Positions 38,478 to 48,017 of a stretch of 64,000 nt of DNA are shown here, piece by piece (the first letter of the stretch is position 1; every line of letters begins with the position of its first letter). The notes under the pieces were generated by a model. It was given only the letters and a program-made list of their open reading frames with translations. It ran no database searches and was not told the DNA's origin. This DNA is from a virus: positions 20,770-84,769 of IMG/VR virus record IMGVR_UViG_3300046318_000144; one strand, 5' to 3'. A program made the position numbers and the translations under genes.

Positions 38478-39530
38478 TTAGTCCTCTGTAGAGCGAATTA
38501 CGCGGTCAACAGTAACGTCTGGGTTGAAGTTAACGTTTCCAGGTACGTTGTACTGAGTAGCCGATGTTGAAGCACTAATCGATACACTGGTAGATGCTGA
38601 AGCACCAGCCGATAGAGTACTCTCGGTAACATCAGCAGCAGTCTTAGCGTAGCTGATGGTGTTAGTAGTTACGCCAGTAAGGGTGTAAGTACCATTGAAG
38701 GTGGTGTCAACTCCAGCAACAACAACCGACTCTCCAGTAGTAAATCCGTGACCCTGAGGTCCCTCAAGTGTAAGAGTTGCAACGTTGCTAGTAAGAGACT
38801 TCTTGGTTACGTTGAAGGTTGGTGAAGCATCAAGGTCAGTAACCTCAGTGTATGCTCCAGTTGTAGAGTTCCACTGAACGAAGCCATTGATCCCCTGAGG
38901 AGCCCATGTAGCGCGTGCATATGAGTATGGACGCTCTGCTGCAGTCGGGAACTCCCAACGGCCATCTGGTCCAGAACCGAACTGAGTATTACCCAATCCG
39001 TAGCCCTCGAAGGTGTTAGCCAATAGACCGTTTTCAATAACACGGTCGCCTGACTGACGCATCTTCACGAATGGGAATACCCAGTAGAAGTAAGGAAGAG
39101 TTGAAGACTTCTTACCGCTCTTTACAGCGTGTGACCAAGCTTCGATCGCAACACCGTATCCAGCAGGGTCATCGCCAACACCTGGTGAAGCCCAACCAAT
39201 ACTCTGATCTCCAGCACCAGCTACATCCTTACGGAGTAGCAGACCGCCCGAGATAAGTGAGGTGAGCTCTGGGTCTGGCTCACAGATAGCCAGCTCCATG
39301 GTAATACGCTTCAGAGTGTCTGGTGACTTGTAAGTCACGCATACAACACCGTTAGCGCCCTTTTCGGTAATTTCGTCACCTTCCTCGTATTCAGGTGTAA
39401 ACGATACACGCATGAATGCTGAGGTTGTGTAGCTGTCAGATGGACCTGTCAGCAAGTTGCCAGCGGCGTCCAGACGGGTGACACGAATCGACACACCCTG
39501 GATGCTAGCAGCATATTCTTGAGTAGCCAA
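38478..39530 (-). CDS. Major tail tube protein with C-terminal barrel domain
   Basis: IRVTRLD..G, EEGDEITEK.ANG.VC, AIEAWS, YWVFP, F..GP motifs of cluster-B-like tail tube proteins. Confidence 0.85.
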   Translation of the reverse strand: MATQEYAASIQGVSIRVTRLDAAGNLLTGPSDSYTTSAFMRVSFTPEYEEGDEITEKGANGVVCVTYKSPDTLKRITMELAICEPDPELTSLISGGLLLRKDVAGAGDQSIGWASPGVGDDPAGYGVAIEAWSHAVKSGKKSSTLPYFYWVFPFVKMRQSGDRVIENGLLANTFEGYGLGNTQFGSGPDGRWEFPTAAERPYSYARATWAPQGINGFVQWNSTTGAYTEVTDLDASPTFNVTKKSLTSNVATLTLEGPQGHGFTTGESVVVAGVDTTFNGTYTLTGVTTNTISYAKTAADVTESTLSAGASASTSVSISASTSATQYNVPGNVNFNPDVTVDRVIRSTED

Positions 39531-39547
39531 AGCTATTCTCCTTAGGT

Positions 39548-40423
39548 TTAGGCTGTTAGATCGACTCTAACAGCGAGGTGGATGGATGTGTCAAAGTAAG
39601 CCGCAACAGGGCGGATTGCCTTTAACCTCATGTCATTTTGGTTTCCCGACACATCGTATGCTTGCGCTAGATTGTCGTTTACGACATCAACATCGCCCAC
39701 GTAGGTGCGGACAGTGCCTGTTGCGTAAATCCATTTGTTGGTGGCTGATGCTGTAGCACCAGTAGCACCATCTGGCCCAGTACCTGAGTAACCAGAACCA
39801 ACGATAACTGGGGTTCCACCTAGAGTCTGTAGGTGTTCTTTACCAGCTTCGTGAAAAAGCATGTTTGAGTTGCTAGCAAGAAGTGCTGCAACGTCGCGAG
39901 TCATGTGAATAAATCCCTGCTCGCCACCATCTGAAACCTGACCAATTTCGTGCTCTAGAAGAGCTAAAGCACGACGTGGAGAAAGCGCTGTCCCTGAGTT
40001 TAGAATGGTTGCAGTGGATGAAGATAGTGCTACGTTTGCGTGACTCTCACCCTTACGAATAGCTCCATCCCAGATCTCAACTTCCATGGCGTGCTGAGTA
40101 ACGCCTTCTAGCTGACGCTTTAAACGTGCAAGTCTGTCTAGACCTAAGAAACCTAGGCCAGAGCGAAGCTCTTCTGCCTCAATGAACCAAGGCTTAATTT
40201 CTGTGTAGTAGGTTGGTGTACCAGCTACTACTACTTCGCCATCTGTAGAGTCAGTATCGTCCCAGTTAGTTGCTGAGTAGAGAGTTGTCTCCCATTCCTG
40301 GGAGAATCCACGTACCCACTGGTTCTCGCCAGCAGAATTCTCGGGCTTGACTACAGCAAGTAGGCCAAAGGCGGAGGGCACGATCGGTGGTGCCTCTACA
40401 ACGCCAGTTCTTGGGAAAGCCAT
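39548..40423 (-). CDS. Second capsid protein (putative major capsid pentamer protein)
   Basis: Directly downstream of the MCP; FGLL, ALALLE, G.IHM, TLGGTPVIVGSGY, WIYATG motifs. Confidence 0.65.
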   Translation of the reverse strand: MAFPRTGVVEAPPIVPSAFGLLAVVKPENSAGENQWVRGFSQEWETTLYSATNWDDTDSTDGEVVVAGTPTYYTEIKPWFIEAEELRSGLGFLGLDRLARLKRQLEGVTQHAMEVEIWDGAIRKGESHANVALSSSTATILNSGTALSPRRALALLEHEIGQVSDGGEQGFIHMTRDVAALLASNSNMLFHEAGKEHLQTLGGTPVIVGSGYSGTGPDGATGATASATNKWIYATGTVRTYVGDVDVVNDNLAQAYDVSGNQNDMRLKAIRPVAAYFDTSIHLAVRVDLTA

Positions 40424-40463
40424 CTTCTAAATCCTTAAAGTGTAAGTTTTTATTTTTGTGTTA

Positions 40464-40485
40464 GGGGGCCTGTTTCCAGGCCCCC
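40464..40485 (-). other. GC-rich GNRA stem-loop between the two capsid genes
   Basis: GGGGGCCTG-GAAA-CAGGCCCCC; no U-tract on the coding strand. Confidence 0.75.
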
Positions 40486-40499
40486 CTCCACTAGAGTTT

Positions 40500-42497
40500 T
40501 TAGTACTCTACAGCAGCTGCGGTAGCGCCACCAGTGGTGTCGCGAAGTGCTGCAGCAACACCGTTAACCGAGATGCTTGAGGTGATCTTGAGAGACTCAA
40601 TACCAACCTTAGCCACGTTCTCGAAGGTCTCAACGAACATCTTGTAGTCGTTGGTGCCAACCAGTGACGAGTCACGGATGATACCAAGGTCAAGAGTTCC
40701 ACCGTCAAGGAACAAGAATGTTCCCTCGGCGAAGAGATACCAGCTGAATGTGTCTGGGAACTCAAGCAGACCAGTTGCACCCTGAGCACCGAAGTAGTTC
40801 AGGTCTGGAGAAGCAACGAGTGAAACGTTGCTGTGCGATAGGTAGCCGTCAATCTCAGCCTTCGATACTGACAGAGTACCATCACCAGGCATAGCCAGGG
40901 TGAGGTCAGCTGCCATTGCATCGTATACCCACTGAGGAACAATAGCCTTCAGCTGAGTAGTTGCAGAGATGCGGTGACGTGAGCGGTAAGCAACTGCAGC
41001 ACGACGGATCTGTACTAGGAAGTCACGACCGAAACCGATAAGTGACGAAGTAGTAACAGCGGTTGAAGCGTCACCAATCTTGGTAAGAAGGTTTACTTCA
41101 GCCTCGCGTGCGTGCTGTACAAGAGCTAGCTCGTTGTGACGAGCAATCAACTCTGGGTAAGCACGAGTCATCAAGTTACCGAACTGGAGCTGTAGGGTTA
41201 CAGCGTCAGTTGAAACAGTCTGCTCTGCAGCAGCTGAAACGGCGAGTGATGACTTAGTTGCTGTATCAGGGTCTGCGTCAACTGCAGCAGTCCAGATACC
41301 AACGGCGTCAGCGTAGTCACCCGAAGCAAAGCTTGGAGGAGTTACGAAGCGGATACCGCCACGGTCAGCCTGGAAGCGAGGGAGTGAGTCACGGATTGGA
41401 CGCTCGGTGGTTGAACCAAGACCGAAGATGTCATACTTAACCTCGAAAGGTGCAGCGTGACCACCAGAAGCAACAAGTGCTTCCTGGCCAGAAACGGCAC
41501 TAATCTTCAGCTGGTTTGCCTCTGAATCGGTTGTCAGAGTGCGTGACTCTGGGAACTGAGTGGTGATAGATGCAACAATGTGCTGCTCTCCATCTCCACC
41601 GTTGACACGACGAAGCGAGTGGATACGCTTTTCCATAGCCGAAGCTACTTCGTTCATGTCGTTAATTGTGCTTCCCGCTGTGTAACCAGGGATGTCAGCA
41701 CCAGCAGTAATTGCAACTGGGGCCTCTGTTACCTGAATTACAGGCTGACGGTCAGCTGGAGCCTCGAAAGGCTGTTCTGCTGCGGCGGTCACGGTTGCCT
41801 GCTCTTCCTGCTCTTCTGGAGCAATAGTGTTTTCTTGGGTTGATGCCTCTGAGCCTTCAACAGCTTCTGCTGCAGTTTCTGAAGTTTCTTCGGCGGAGAA
41901 TTCTGCCACTGTGGCAGATGCCTCGGTTGATTCTTCAGTAGATTCCTCTACTGCGTCTTCTGGGTCGCTAGTCGACAGTTCTGATCCGTCTTCTTCGATT
42001 GTTGATGCTGTTTCAGTTTCCGAAGCGAAAGCCTTTTTAGGTTCCTTCTCTTCTTCTTCTTGGGTCTCTCCGATTTCCTCTTCAGTGGTCTCGGGCTCTT
42101 GGCCTTCGATCTCTGCAGGAGCTTCCTCTACTGGAGCTGCCTCTTCAGGCATCTCTTCAGTAGGGGTCATTTCCTCTGCAGGAGTTTCCTCTTCTGGGGT
42201 CATATCGGCTAGTTCCTCTCCATCAGTTGCGACGTCTTCGGTGCTTTCGCCCTTAACGCGTGAGATAGCCTCAGCAGCCTTGGCAGCTAGCTCTGCAGCT
42301 AGTGCCTCGCGGCGTGAAAGCTCACCTCGCACTGTGTCAAGTGCATTAGCAAGTGACGTCATAGCATCAACCGTCTCAGGAGTCGGCTCTTCGCCTTCGA
42401 CCGATTCAAACTCGCTAACGATCTGTGACTGAAGTTCGCCGACTTGTTCGTCGGTTAGCTCCGCCATAGCGTCAAGCTGGGTATTGATGTGGTCCAC
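40500..42497 (-). CDS. Major capsid (hexamer) protein with N-terminal acidic scaffold region
   Basis: Long Glu-rich N-terminus; ALVASGG..AP...YD, LP.F...RGGIRF, GN...RAYPELI, LDLG.IRDS.L...ND; strong AAGGAGG RBS, GTG start. Confidence 0.9.
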   Translation of the reverse strand: MDHINTQLDAMAELTDEQVGELQSQIVSEFESVEGEEPTPETVDAMTSLANALDTVRGELSRREALAAELAAKAAEAISRVKGESTEDVATDGEELADMTPEEETPAEEMTPTEEMPEEAAPVEEAPAEIEGQEPETTEEEIGETQEEEEKEPKKAFASETETASTIEEDGSELSTSDPEDAVEESTEESTEASATVAEFSAEETSETAAEAVEGSEASTQENTIAPEEQEEQATVTAAAEQPFEAPADRQPVIQVTEAPVAITAGADIPGYTAGSTINDMNEVASAMEKRIHSLRRVNGGDGEQHIVASITTQFPESRTLTTDSEANQLKISAVSGQEALVASGGHAAPFEVKYDIFGLGSTTERPIRDSLPRFQADRGGIRFVTPPSFASGDYADAVGIWTAAVDADPDTATKSSLAVSAAAEQTVSTDAVTLQLQFGNLMTRAYPELIARHNELALVQHAREAEVNLLTKIGDASTAVTTSSLIGFGRDFLVQIRRAAVAYRSRHRISATTQLKAIVPQWVYDAMAADLTLAMPGDGTLSVSKAEIDGYLSHSNVSLVASPDLNYFGAQGATGLLEFPDTFSWYLFAEGTFLFLDGGTLDLGIIRDSSLVGTNDYKMFVETFENVAKVGIESLKITSSISVNGVAAALRDTTGGATAAAVEY

Positions 42498-42606
42498 TGT
42501 ACCTCCTTAGGCCAGTTAATTTAATAAACGCGATTTACGTTTATTAGGTGAACAGTCAAGGCTGAGGGACTCTACGCTCGAGGCGCGAGGCGCTCCACCT
42601 ATCATA

Positions 42607-42625
42607 ATTGTACCTTACTTTTTAG
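42607..42625 (-). promoter_or_regulatory. Putative late promoter for the major capsid gene
   Basis: CTAAAAAGTAAGGTACAAT, nearly identical to the element at 56063-56081. Confidence 0.55.
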
Positions 42626-45600
42626 GTAAGGAGTCGGAGCAGTTTGCTCATCTCAGATTGAACTTCACCCTGAGAGTAAACATCTGCTCCAGACATGTAG
42701 GATTTCAGATTAGCGGTGGCAACATCTGCATCCTCTTTACCGATCTTGTCTTCGACTCTAGAAATCATCTGATCGATGAGATCCTTAAGTCCCGACGGTA
42801 GATCGCTAAATCTTAGTTTTTGCGCTTCCTGACCAAAAGGTAGTGGTAGGTTGGCAATTACACGGCCCAGTTCGCGAGCAGTGTTTTGGACATTCTCCAA
42901 AGCCTTAGGATTAAGTGCTTTACTATCCAAACGGTCAATCATTCCGAGTAGCTCGGAGCTAGCCTTCGCTGAGTCAACATAGTTTCCAGCAAACTCCATA
43001 TCTTCAGCAGCCTGAACCTTATTAAGAGCATCCTGTAGACCAGCAACACCTAGGTCTTGCTTTAGACGAGCGAGAACTTTACGGTACTTACCCTTAGCAT
43101 CACGAGGCTGAGTCACACCAGAGATGTACTTGGTACGACCCTCTTCGTCGTAGGCATCCTTAGCAGTAGTCTTACCAGCTTTAATGTCTTCAGCTAGTTT
43201 GATCTCTTCTTCAGTCTGCTTGTCAGCTTCTATTTTCGCTTCTTCAAGCTTCTTAAGATCTTCTTCAGATATTTGGTCATCAGGACCCGCTGCAGTGAGG
43301 CTAGAGATTCTAGAACGCATGCTAGCAATCATTGCCTCTGCATCCATAGAGCCAGCTGCCTTCCAGTTTTCTGGGATAAGGTCAGCCTTACCTAGAGCAC
43401 GAGCACGCTTGCGAATGTGTGTACGAACCTTTGCACGATCTTTAGGAGTTGATCGACCATATGCCTTAATAGCATTCTTTAGGTCTGACTCGTTACGGAT
43501 TGGGTAAGAACCATCTGGAAGAGCGTGACCCTTTTCAGCTAGATCCTTACGCTCTTCTTCCGAGATAGATGCAAGCTCTGCAACAGCAGATGCCACTAGA
43601 GCACGCTCTCTCAGTTCCTCTGCCTTAGCTGCAGCAGCTGTAATAGCGTATGTACGGGCTGCTTTCTTAGCATCCTTAATACGAGAACGTAGGTCTGGAG
43701 CGTTAGAAGCCAGTTCCGACAAGTTCTGGGCACGGATAGCTAAAGTAGTGAAGGCTTGGCTTCTAAGGATAGCCATATCCTGAGCACCAGCAGCCACAAG
43801 AGCCATAATCTTTCCAGATGCAACTAGAGCACGAGCAATTGGGAATCCTGGAACGTTAACCTGACATACAGCAACTAGCTCTAGTGAGCCACCGATTGGA
43901 CGCCAGTCACCAGAAGGAGCAGATGCACGTAGGGCACGAATCTGAGCCTCGTTAGCATCTGGGCGTAGTGAACCAGCTACCCAAATACCGTACTCGTCTT
44001 CACCAGCATGAACATCAGCGATAGCAGATGCAGTGTCGTCGTAGTGCTTAGCAGCCTGAGCAGCATCCGCACGCAACGATGCGTGTCCACCAGCGAGGGT
44101 TAGCTGACCAACTGGAACATCTCGTCCCGCATCAGTACGGCAAACGCCAGTGTGGAAGTAAGCATACTTGCTACGTGAGCGAGGAGGCTTAGTTGCGCTA
44201 GGCATACCAATGTGGTTTACATGCCATGCAGCAATGTGACCATAGATACGACCACTAGGGTCTACAGTCAGTGGTGTTGCCTTGCCAAGGTTTGGGTTAT
44301 TGAACCACTCGTCTGGTGGAGTCATTGGAATAGCTGACTCTAAGAATCCAGAACCAGAAGCGGTTAAAGCTTCAGCTGTTGCGAAAGAATCGAACGACTC
44401 TTCCTCATAGACTCCGTCTTCTGGAATCAATGTGTCCTCCTGGTCTCCCGCATTGTTTTCATCAATATTGATGACGCATTCTTGGAATGCTGGCTTAGCT
44501 ACAATTGTAGCAGCCATTACACGGGCGTGATTTATGATGAGTTTTTGCTTGCCCATTTCGGTTTCTTTTTTATCTAATTCCGAAGCGGTGTCGTCTTTAT
44601 GATTCTCTTCAGTTGCCTCAAACTGATCTAGATCAGCAGAAACTCCACGAATAAATCCGTGTCTGACTAGTCGTTCTGCTTCCCTACCGTAAGGCCCAGT
44701 ATCAAATACACCACGAGCATTACCAATGCCACCGTCGATACGCTCTACGTAATCAATTCGACCAACTACTACAGATCCTTCGTGACCGTCACCAGTCTTA
44801 ATCTGCCACAGTAGTGGTAGTGGTAATTCACGAATCTCTATAGATTCGTTATTGAATTTTCTTCCGTCTCCAGATTCAACATTCTCTGGTAGAAGTAGTG
44901 GAATGGTGAAAGCTGAACCATAACCCATTGGGATAGCACCAGCAGTTATGGCAAATCTAGAACGTGCAACATCTGCAGTCGCAGTTAGAACTGCCTTAGA
45001 GATCATTGCTTCATCAAAAGCCTGTTCTGACTCAAACATTCCAAATGCTCGATTGTTTCTACGTCCAGGATTCATCCTGCTTCCAGTGTAAACACCAGTA
45101 GCATCCTTGTGACGGAGCTGGCAGTAACCCTTAGCACGAACACCCATGTACTTAGATAGGTGGCGAACGCAACGCTTCCAGTCGCCAGGAGTTCCCCAGC
45201 GGATTTTAGCAGCACCCTTGCCACGAGTCCAATACTGGCGAAGTTCCTCTGCATTACCACGGTTACGGTCTAAACCACCAGCAGCAATTAGTGCTTGGAA
45301 TTCATCATCTCCACACTTAGCTAACTCCTCTAGAGCATCTACTATCTCTAGGTCTGGAGTCCAAGATCCCTCATAGAGATCATCTTCCTCTGAGTGGATA
45401 TCTTCGATAGGCATAAGCATATCTTTGTCAGTAATATGGGTAGGCTCACCAATGTTCTCGCCCCACACTTCTTCCATTAGGAACTCTTCTGCCCCTAAGT
45501 TACGGTGTGATTTATCAAGCTTAGCGTGGGTAGATGTGTACATACCCAATGCGTCCTTGTGGCGAAGCTGGCAGTAGCCCTTCGCTCTAATACCAAGATA

Positions 45601-47592
45601 TTTACTTAGGTGACGAACGCAACGCTTCCAGTCTCCTGGCTGGCCCCAACGAATCTTAGCTGCACCCTTACCAACTGTCCAGTAGCGGCGAAGCTGCTCT
45701 GCTCTACCTCTATTACGGTCAACTCCACCTGCAGCGGTAATTGGATTACCGTACAAGAAGTTTAGGATGTAGTCAGTAGTTAGGATAGACGCTGTTACGT
45801 TCTTAATACCATCAACCTGCTGAAGAATGTTATTTAGGATGGTGTCATCCAGCTTTACAACAGGAGGAGGGGTAGCTGACTTTAGGTCAAGCAGAACCTG
45901 AGAATCTTCTACCCACTTGCCATCTTTTCTAACGTAAGTTATTGGTTCTGTAGTAGTTATGGTTTTAGGGACAATAGCTACTAAGTCCATAACTGCCTGA
46001 TTGTCGTCAGGAGATACGATAGCTAAGTACTTTGGTGGGACGTCTGATGTTTTAGGTGTTAGTTGCTTTTCTGGAGCAGCAGCTACAACTGATTCAATCG
46101 AATAGGTAGATTTTGACCTAGGCTTGTATTTGTTACGCTCGCTGGCTACCCATGAAGGCCAGTTGTTGAGCATCTCATGTAGCTGCTCTTTAGGCAGCTG
46201 AGGTAGCGTACCTGGGAGGTGCGCGATAGGGCTGTTAATAGGAGTTCTTGGCTCTCCCAGAATCCCTGAAGTATCTAGTGGCTTGGTAAAGTCCTGAGCT
46301 GGAGTTTGCGAGGTTTCCTCAAAGCTGTCCTCAGCCTGAGTTTGCTTGGCTGGTACAGCAATTTGTGTACCATTATCAAGCTTTACCTGAACATTACCTG
46401 TAGCCTTATCGACGCCAGTAATTTCTCCTCTACCGTTATTGCCATCTTTACCGACAACTACACGGCTTCCTGTAGAAGCAAATCTTCCATTAGCATCTCT
46501 TAGAGCACCCTTAGCGATGTTAGAACGCTCTTCAGGAGTGTACTCTCCGTCACCAGCCTGGGTAGTCTTCGGAGCTGTAGAGCCAGCAGCAGTAACCGAG
46601 TCAACTAGGTTCCAGTCTTCTTCAGCAAAAGCATTTACAACCAAAGCTGCTTCTTCAGGATCGATCTCGTCGATAGATACGTTAGAGTATGGCCTCTCCT
46701 GGAATAGTGCAGATACAACAGCAGCAGACGCTGGGTCTACGATGTAGTGGTCCTTTTCTACATTGTCATATGGGTCGTCTAAAGCTTTGTCATAGGTGTA
46801 GATATCTCCATCTACGTGACCTAAGTCATCCCAAGCGCAGTCGTCCCAGACGTAAACCTGACCATCCATGTCAATCTTGTAGAGGCGGTCAACTCCAGAA
46901 CCATCTAGCCTTATACGAATTAAAAATTCTGGACCATGTTCTGGGTCTAGTTCATAAGCAACTTTAAAAGAATTAATGTCGGAGTCATAGCCTTCATGTA
47001 TAGCTTCTGGCTCACCCTGCGGAATGATCAAGTAAGCATCTGCAGTTACAGGCTTCTTGTCTTCCCTGTCAACAATAGACTTAGCCCAACGCCATGCGGC
47101 ATCTCCACCCCATAGAGCCCAAGCAATGCGACCATTCGAGGGGAAGTTATCTTCCCCAGGAGTCCAGCCTTTACCCTTTTTATCAACTTCATGACGAGGG
47201 AAATAGCGAGCAATATGGCGGACTTTCTTTAAACCAATCTGACCACCTTCGGCAAGAATACGAGCAGTATTCATACCTACAGGAGTGCCACCACGGTGGT
47301 GCTCCTTGTGCCACTTAAGGGCTTTTCTAGCTTCGACAACTACACCATCTGGAATAGTATACATACGGCCAGCATCAGCTGTTAAAGCAATATTAGATAG
47401 AGAGTTTAGAGCAGCATCAGCAAGCTGAATGGTGTCAGTGTCTATGTCGTCTGAGGTAGACCACTCTTCACTTGTGTAGCTCGAAAGAGCTCCACTTTCA
47501 ACGACCATCGAGAGGTCGGTATTGACAAGGACAGCTTTTTCCCCGCTAGAGAAAAGAGCTACTGAACCTCTACTACCTAAATAGTCAGTCAT
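42622..47592 (-). CDS. Multidomain capsid maturation (prohead) protease polyprotein
   Basis: Immediately upstream of the MCP; protease core ESGDGR...PLPLLWQ...H...VVGRID...GVSADLD; GRIYGHIAAW domain; ALPDGSYPI domain; duplicated RYW..GKGAAKIRWG domain. Confidence 0.8.
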   Translation of the reverse strand: MTDYLGSRGSVALFSSGEKAVLVNTDLSMVVESGALSSYTSEEWSTSDDIDTDTIQLADAALNSLSNIALTADAGRMYTIPDGVVVEARKALKWHKEHHRGGTPVGMNTARILAEGGQIGLKKVRHIARYFPRHEVDKKGKGWTPGEDNFPSNGRIAWALWGGDAAWRWAKSIVDREDKKPVTADAYLIIPQGEPEAIHEGYDSDINSFKVAYELDPEHGPEFLIRIRLDGSGVDRLYKIDMDGQVYVWDDCAWDDLGHVDGDIYTYDKALDDPYDNVEKDHYIVDPASAAVVSALFQERPYSNVSIDEIDPEEAALVVNAFAEEDWNLVDSVTAAGSTAPKTTQAGDGEYTPEERSNIAKGALRDANGRFASTGSRVVVGKDGNNGRGEITGVDKATGNVQVKLDNGTQIAVPAKQTQAEDSFEETSQTPAQDFTKPLDTSGILGEPRTPINSPIAHLPGTLPQLPKEQLHEMLNNWPSWVASERNKYKPRSKSTYSIESVVAAAPEKQLTPKTSDVPPKYLAIVSPDDNQAVMDLVAIVPKTITTTEPITYVRKDGKWVEDSQVLLDLKSATPPPVVKLDDTILNNILQQVDGIKNVTASILTTDYILNFLYGNPITAAGGVDRNRGRAEQLRRYWTVGKGAAKIRWGQPGDWKRCVRHLSKYLGIRAKGYCQLRHKDALGMYTSTHAKLDKSHRNLGAEEFLMEEVWGENIGEPTHITDKDMLMPIEDIHSEEDDLYEGSWTPDLEIVDALEELAKCGDDEFQALIAAGGLDRNRGNAEELRQYWTRGKGAAKIRWGTPGDWKRCVRHLSKYMGVRAKGYCQLRHKDATGVYTGSRMNPGRRNNRAFGMFESEQAFDEAMISKAVLTATADVARSRFAITAGAIPMGYGSAFTIPLLLPENVESGDGRKFNNESIEIRELPLPLLWQIKTGDGHEGSVVVGRIDYVERIDGGIGNARGVFDTGPYGREAERLVRHGFIRGVSADLDQFEATEENHKDDTASELDKKETEMGKQKLIINHARVMAATIVAKPAFQECVINIDENNAGDQEDTLIPEDGVYEEESFDSFATAEALTASGSGFLESAIPMTPPDEWFNNPNLGKATPLTVDPSGRIYGHIAAWHVNHIGMPSATKPPRSRSKYAYFHTGVCRTDAGRDVPVGQLTLAGGHASLRADAAQAAKHYDDTASAIADVHAGEDEYGIWVAGSLRPDANEAQIRALRASAPSGDWRPIGGSLELVAVCQVNVPGFPIARALVASGKIMALVAAGAQDMAILRSQAFTTLAIRAQNLSELASNAPDLRSRIKDAKKAARTYAITAAAAKAEELRERALVASAVAELASISEEERKDLAEKGHALPDGSYPIRNESDLKNAIKAYGRSTPKDRAKVRTHIRKRARALGKADLIPENWKAAGSMDAEAMIASMRSRISSLTAAGPDDQISEEDLKKLEEAKIEADKQTEEEIKLAEDIKAGKTTAKDAYDEEGRTKYISGVTQPRDAKGKYRKVLARLKQDLGVAGLQDALNKVQAAEDMEFAGNYVDSAKASSELLGMIDRLDSKALNPKALENVQNTARELGRVIANLPLPFGQEAQKLRFSDLPSGLKDLIDQMISRVEDKIGKEDADVATANLKSYMSGADVYSQGEVQSEMSKLLRLLT
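45085..45741 (-). repeat. Two ~69-aa near-identical domains within the protease polyprotein
   Basis: 45535-45741 and 45085-45291 both encode AAGG.DRNRG.AE.LR.YWT.GKGAAKIRWG.PGDWKRCVRHLSKY.G.RAKGYCQLRHKDA.G.YT. Confidence 0.95.
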
Positions 47593-47598
47593 TTACTA

Positions 47599-47997
47599 CT
47601 AAACCGCCTTAAAGTCTTCCTCTGTAGGGTAGTCATCTTCTGGTGCTTCGCCATTGAAAATGCAATACTTTTTTAGATCTTCTTCTGTCAAGGTGCCATC
47701 AGCATATTTTTGATAAACAATTGACTTATCATTCTCATCGAATGCTTCATCATTATTCCAATCAATTAGGTATGATGCATATTCATTTCTATACATGAAT
47801 AATCTGTCACCATCACCATTGTCAACTGGCACCCAGGCGTCAGCTTCAGGATCATATTCTGAAGTAACGAAAGGGCCGTAGGATATGATTGTCTCGATTT
47901 TACGAGACTCTGGCTCTAAATAGATATATACGCTAGTATTAAATGTTTTGAGCTCAGTGTTTGGCTTATCACCTGGTAGAAGATAATTTTTTGTCAT
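47599..47997 (-). CDS. Small acidic hypothetical protein
   Basis: 132 aa, AGAGG RBS, Asp/Glu-rich. Confidence 0.8.
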   Translation of the reverse strand: MTKNYLLPGDKPNTELKTFNTSVYIYLEPESRKIETIISYGPFVTSEYDPEADAWVPVDNGDGDRLFMYRNEYASYLIDWNNDEAFDENDKSIVYQKYADGTLTEEDLKKYCIFNGEAPEDDYPTEEDFKAV

Positions 47998-48017
47998 TAG
48001 TTAACCTCTTTACTATA

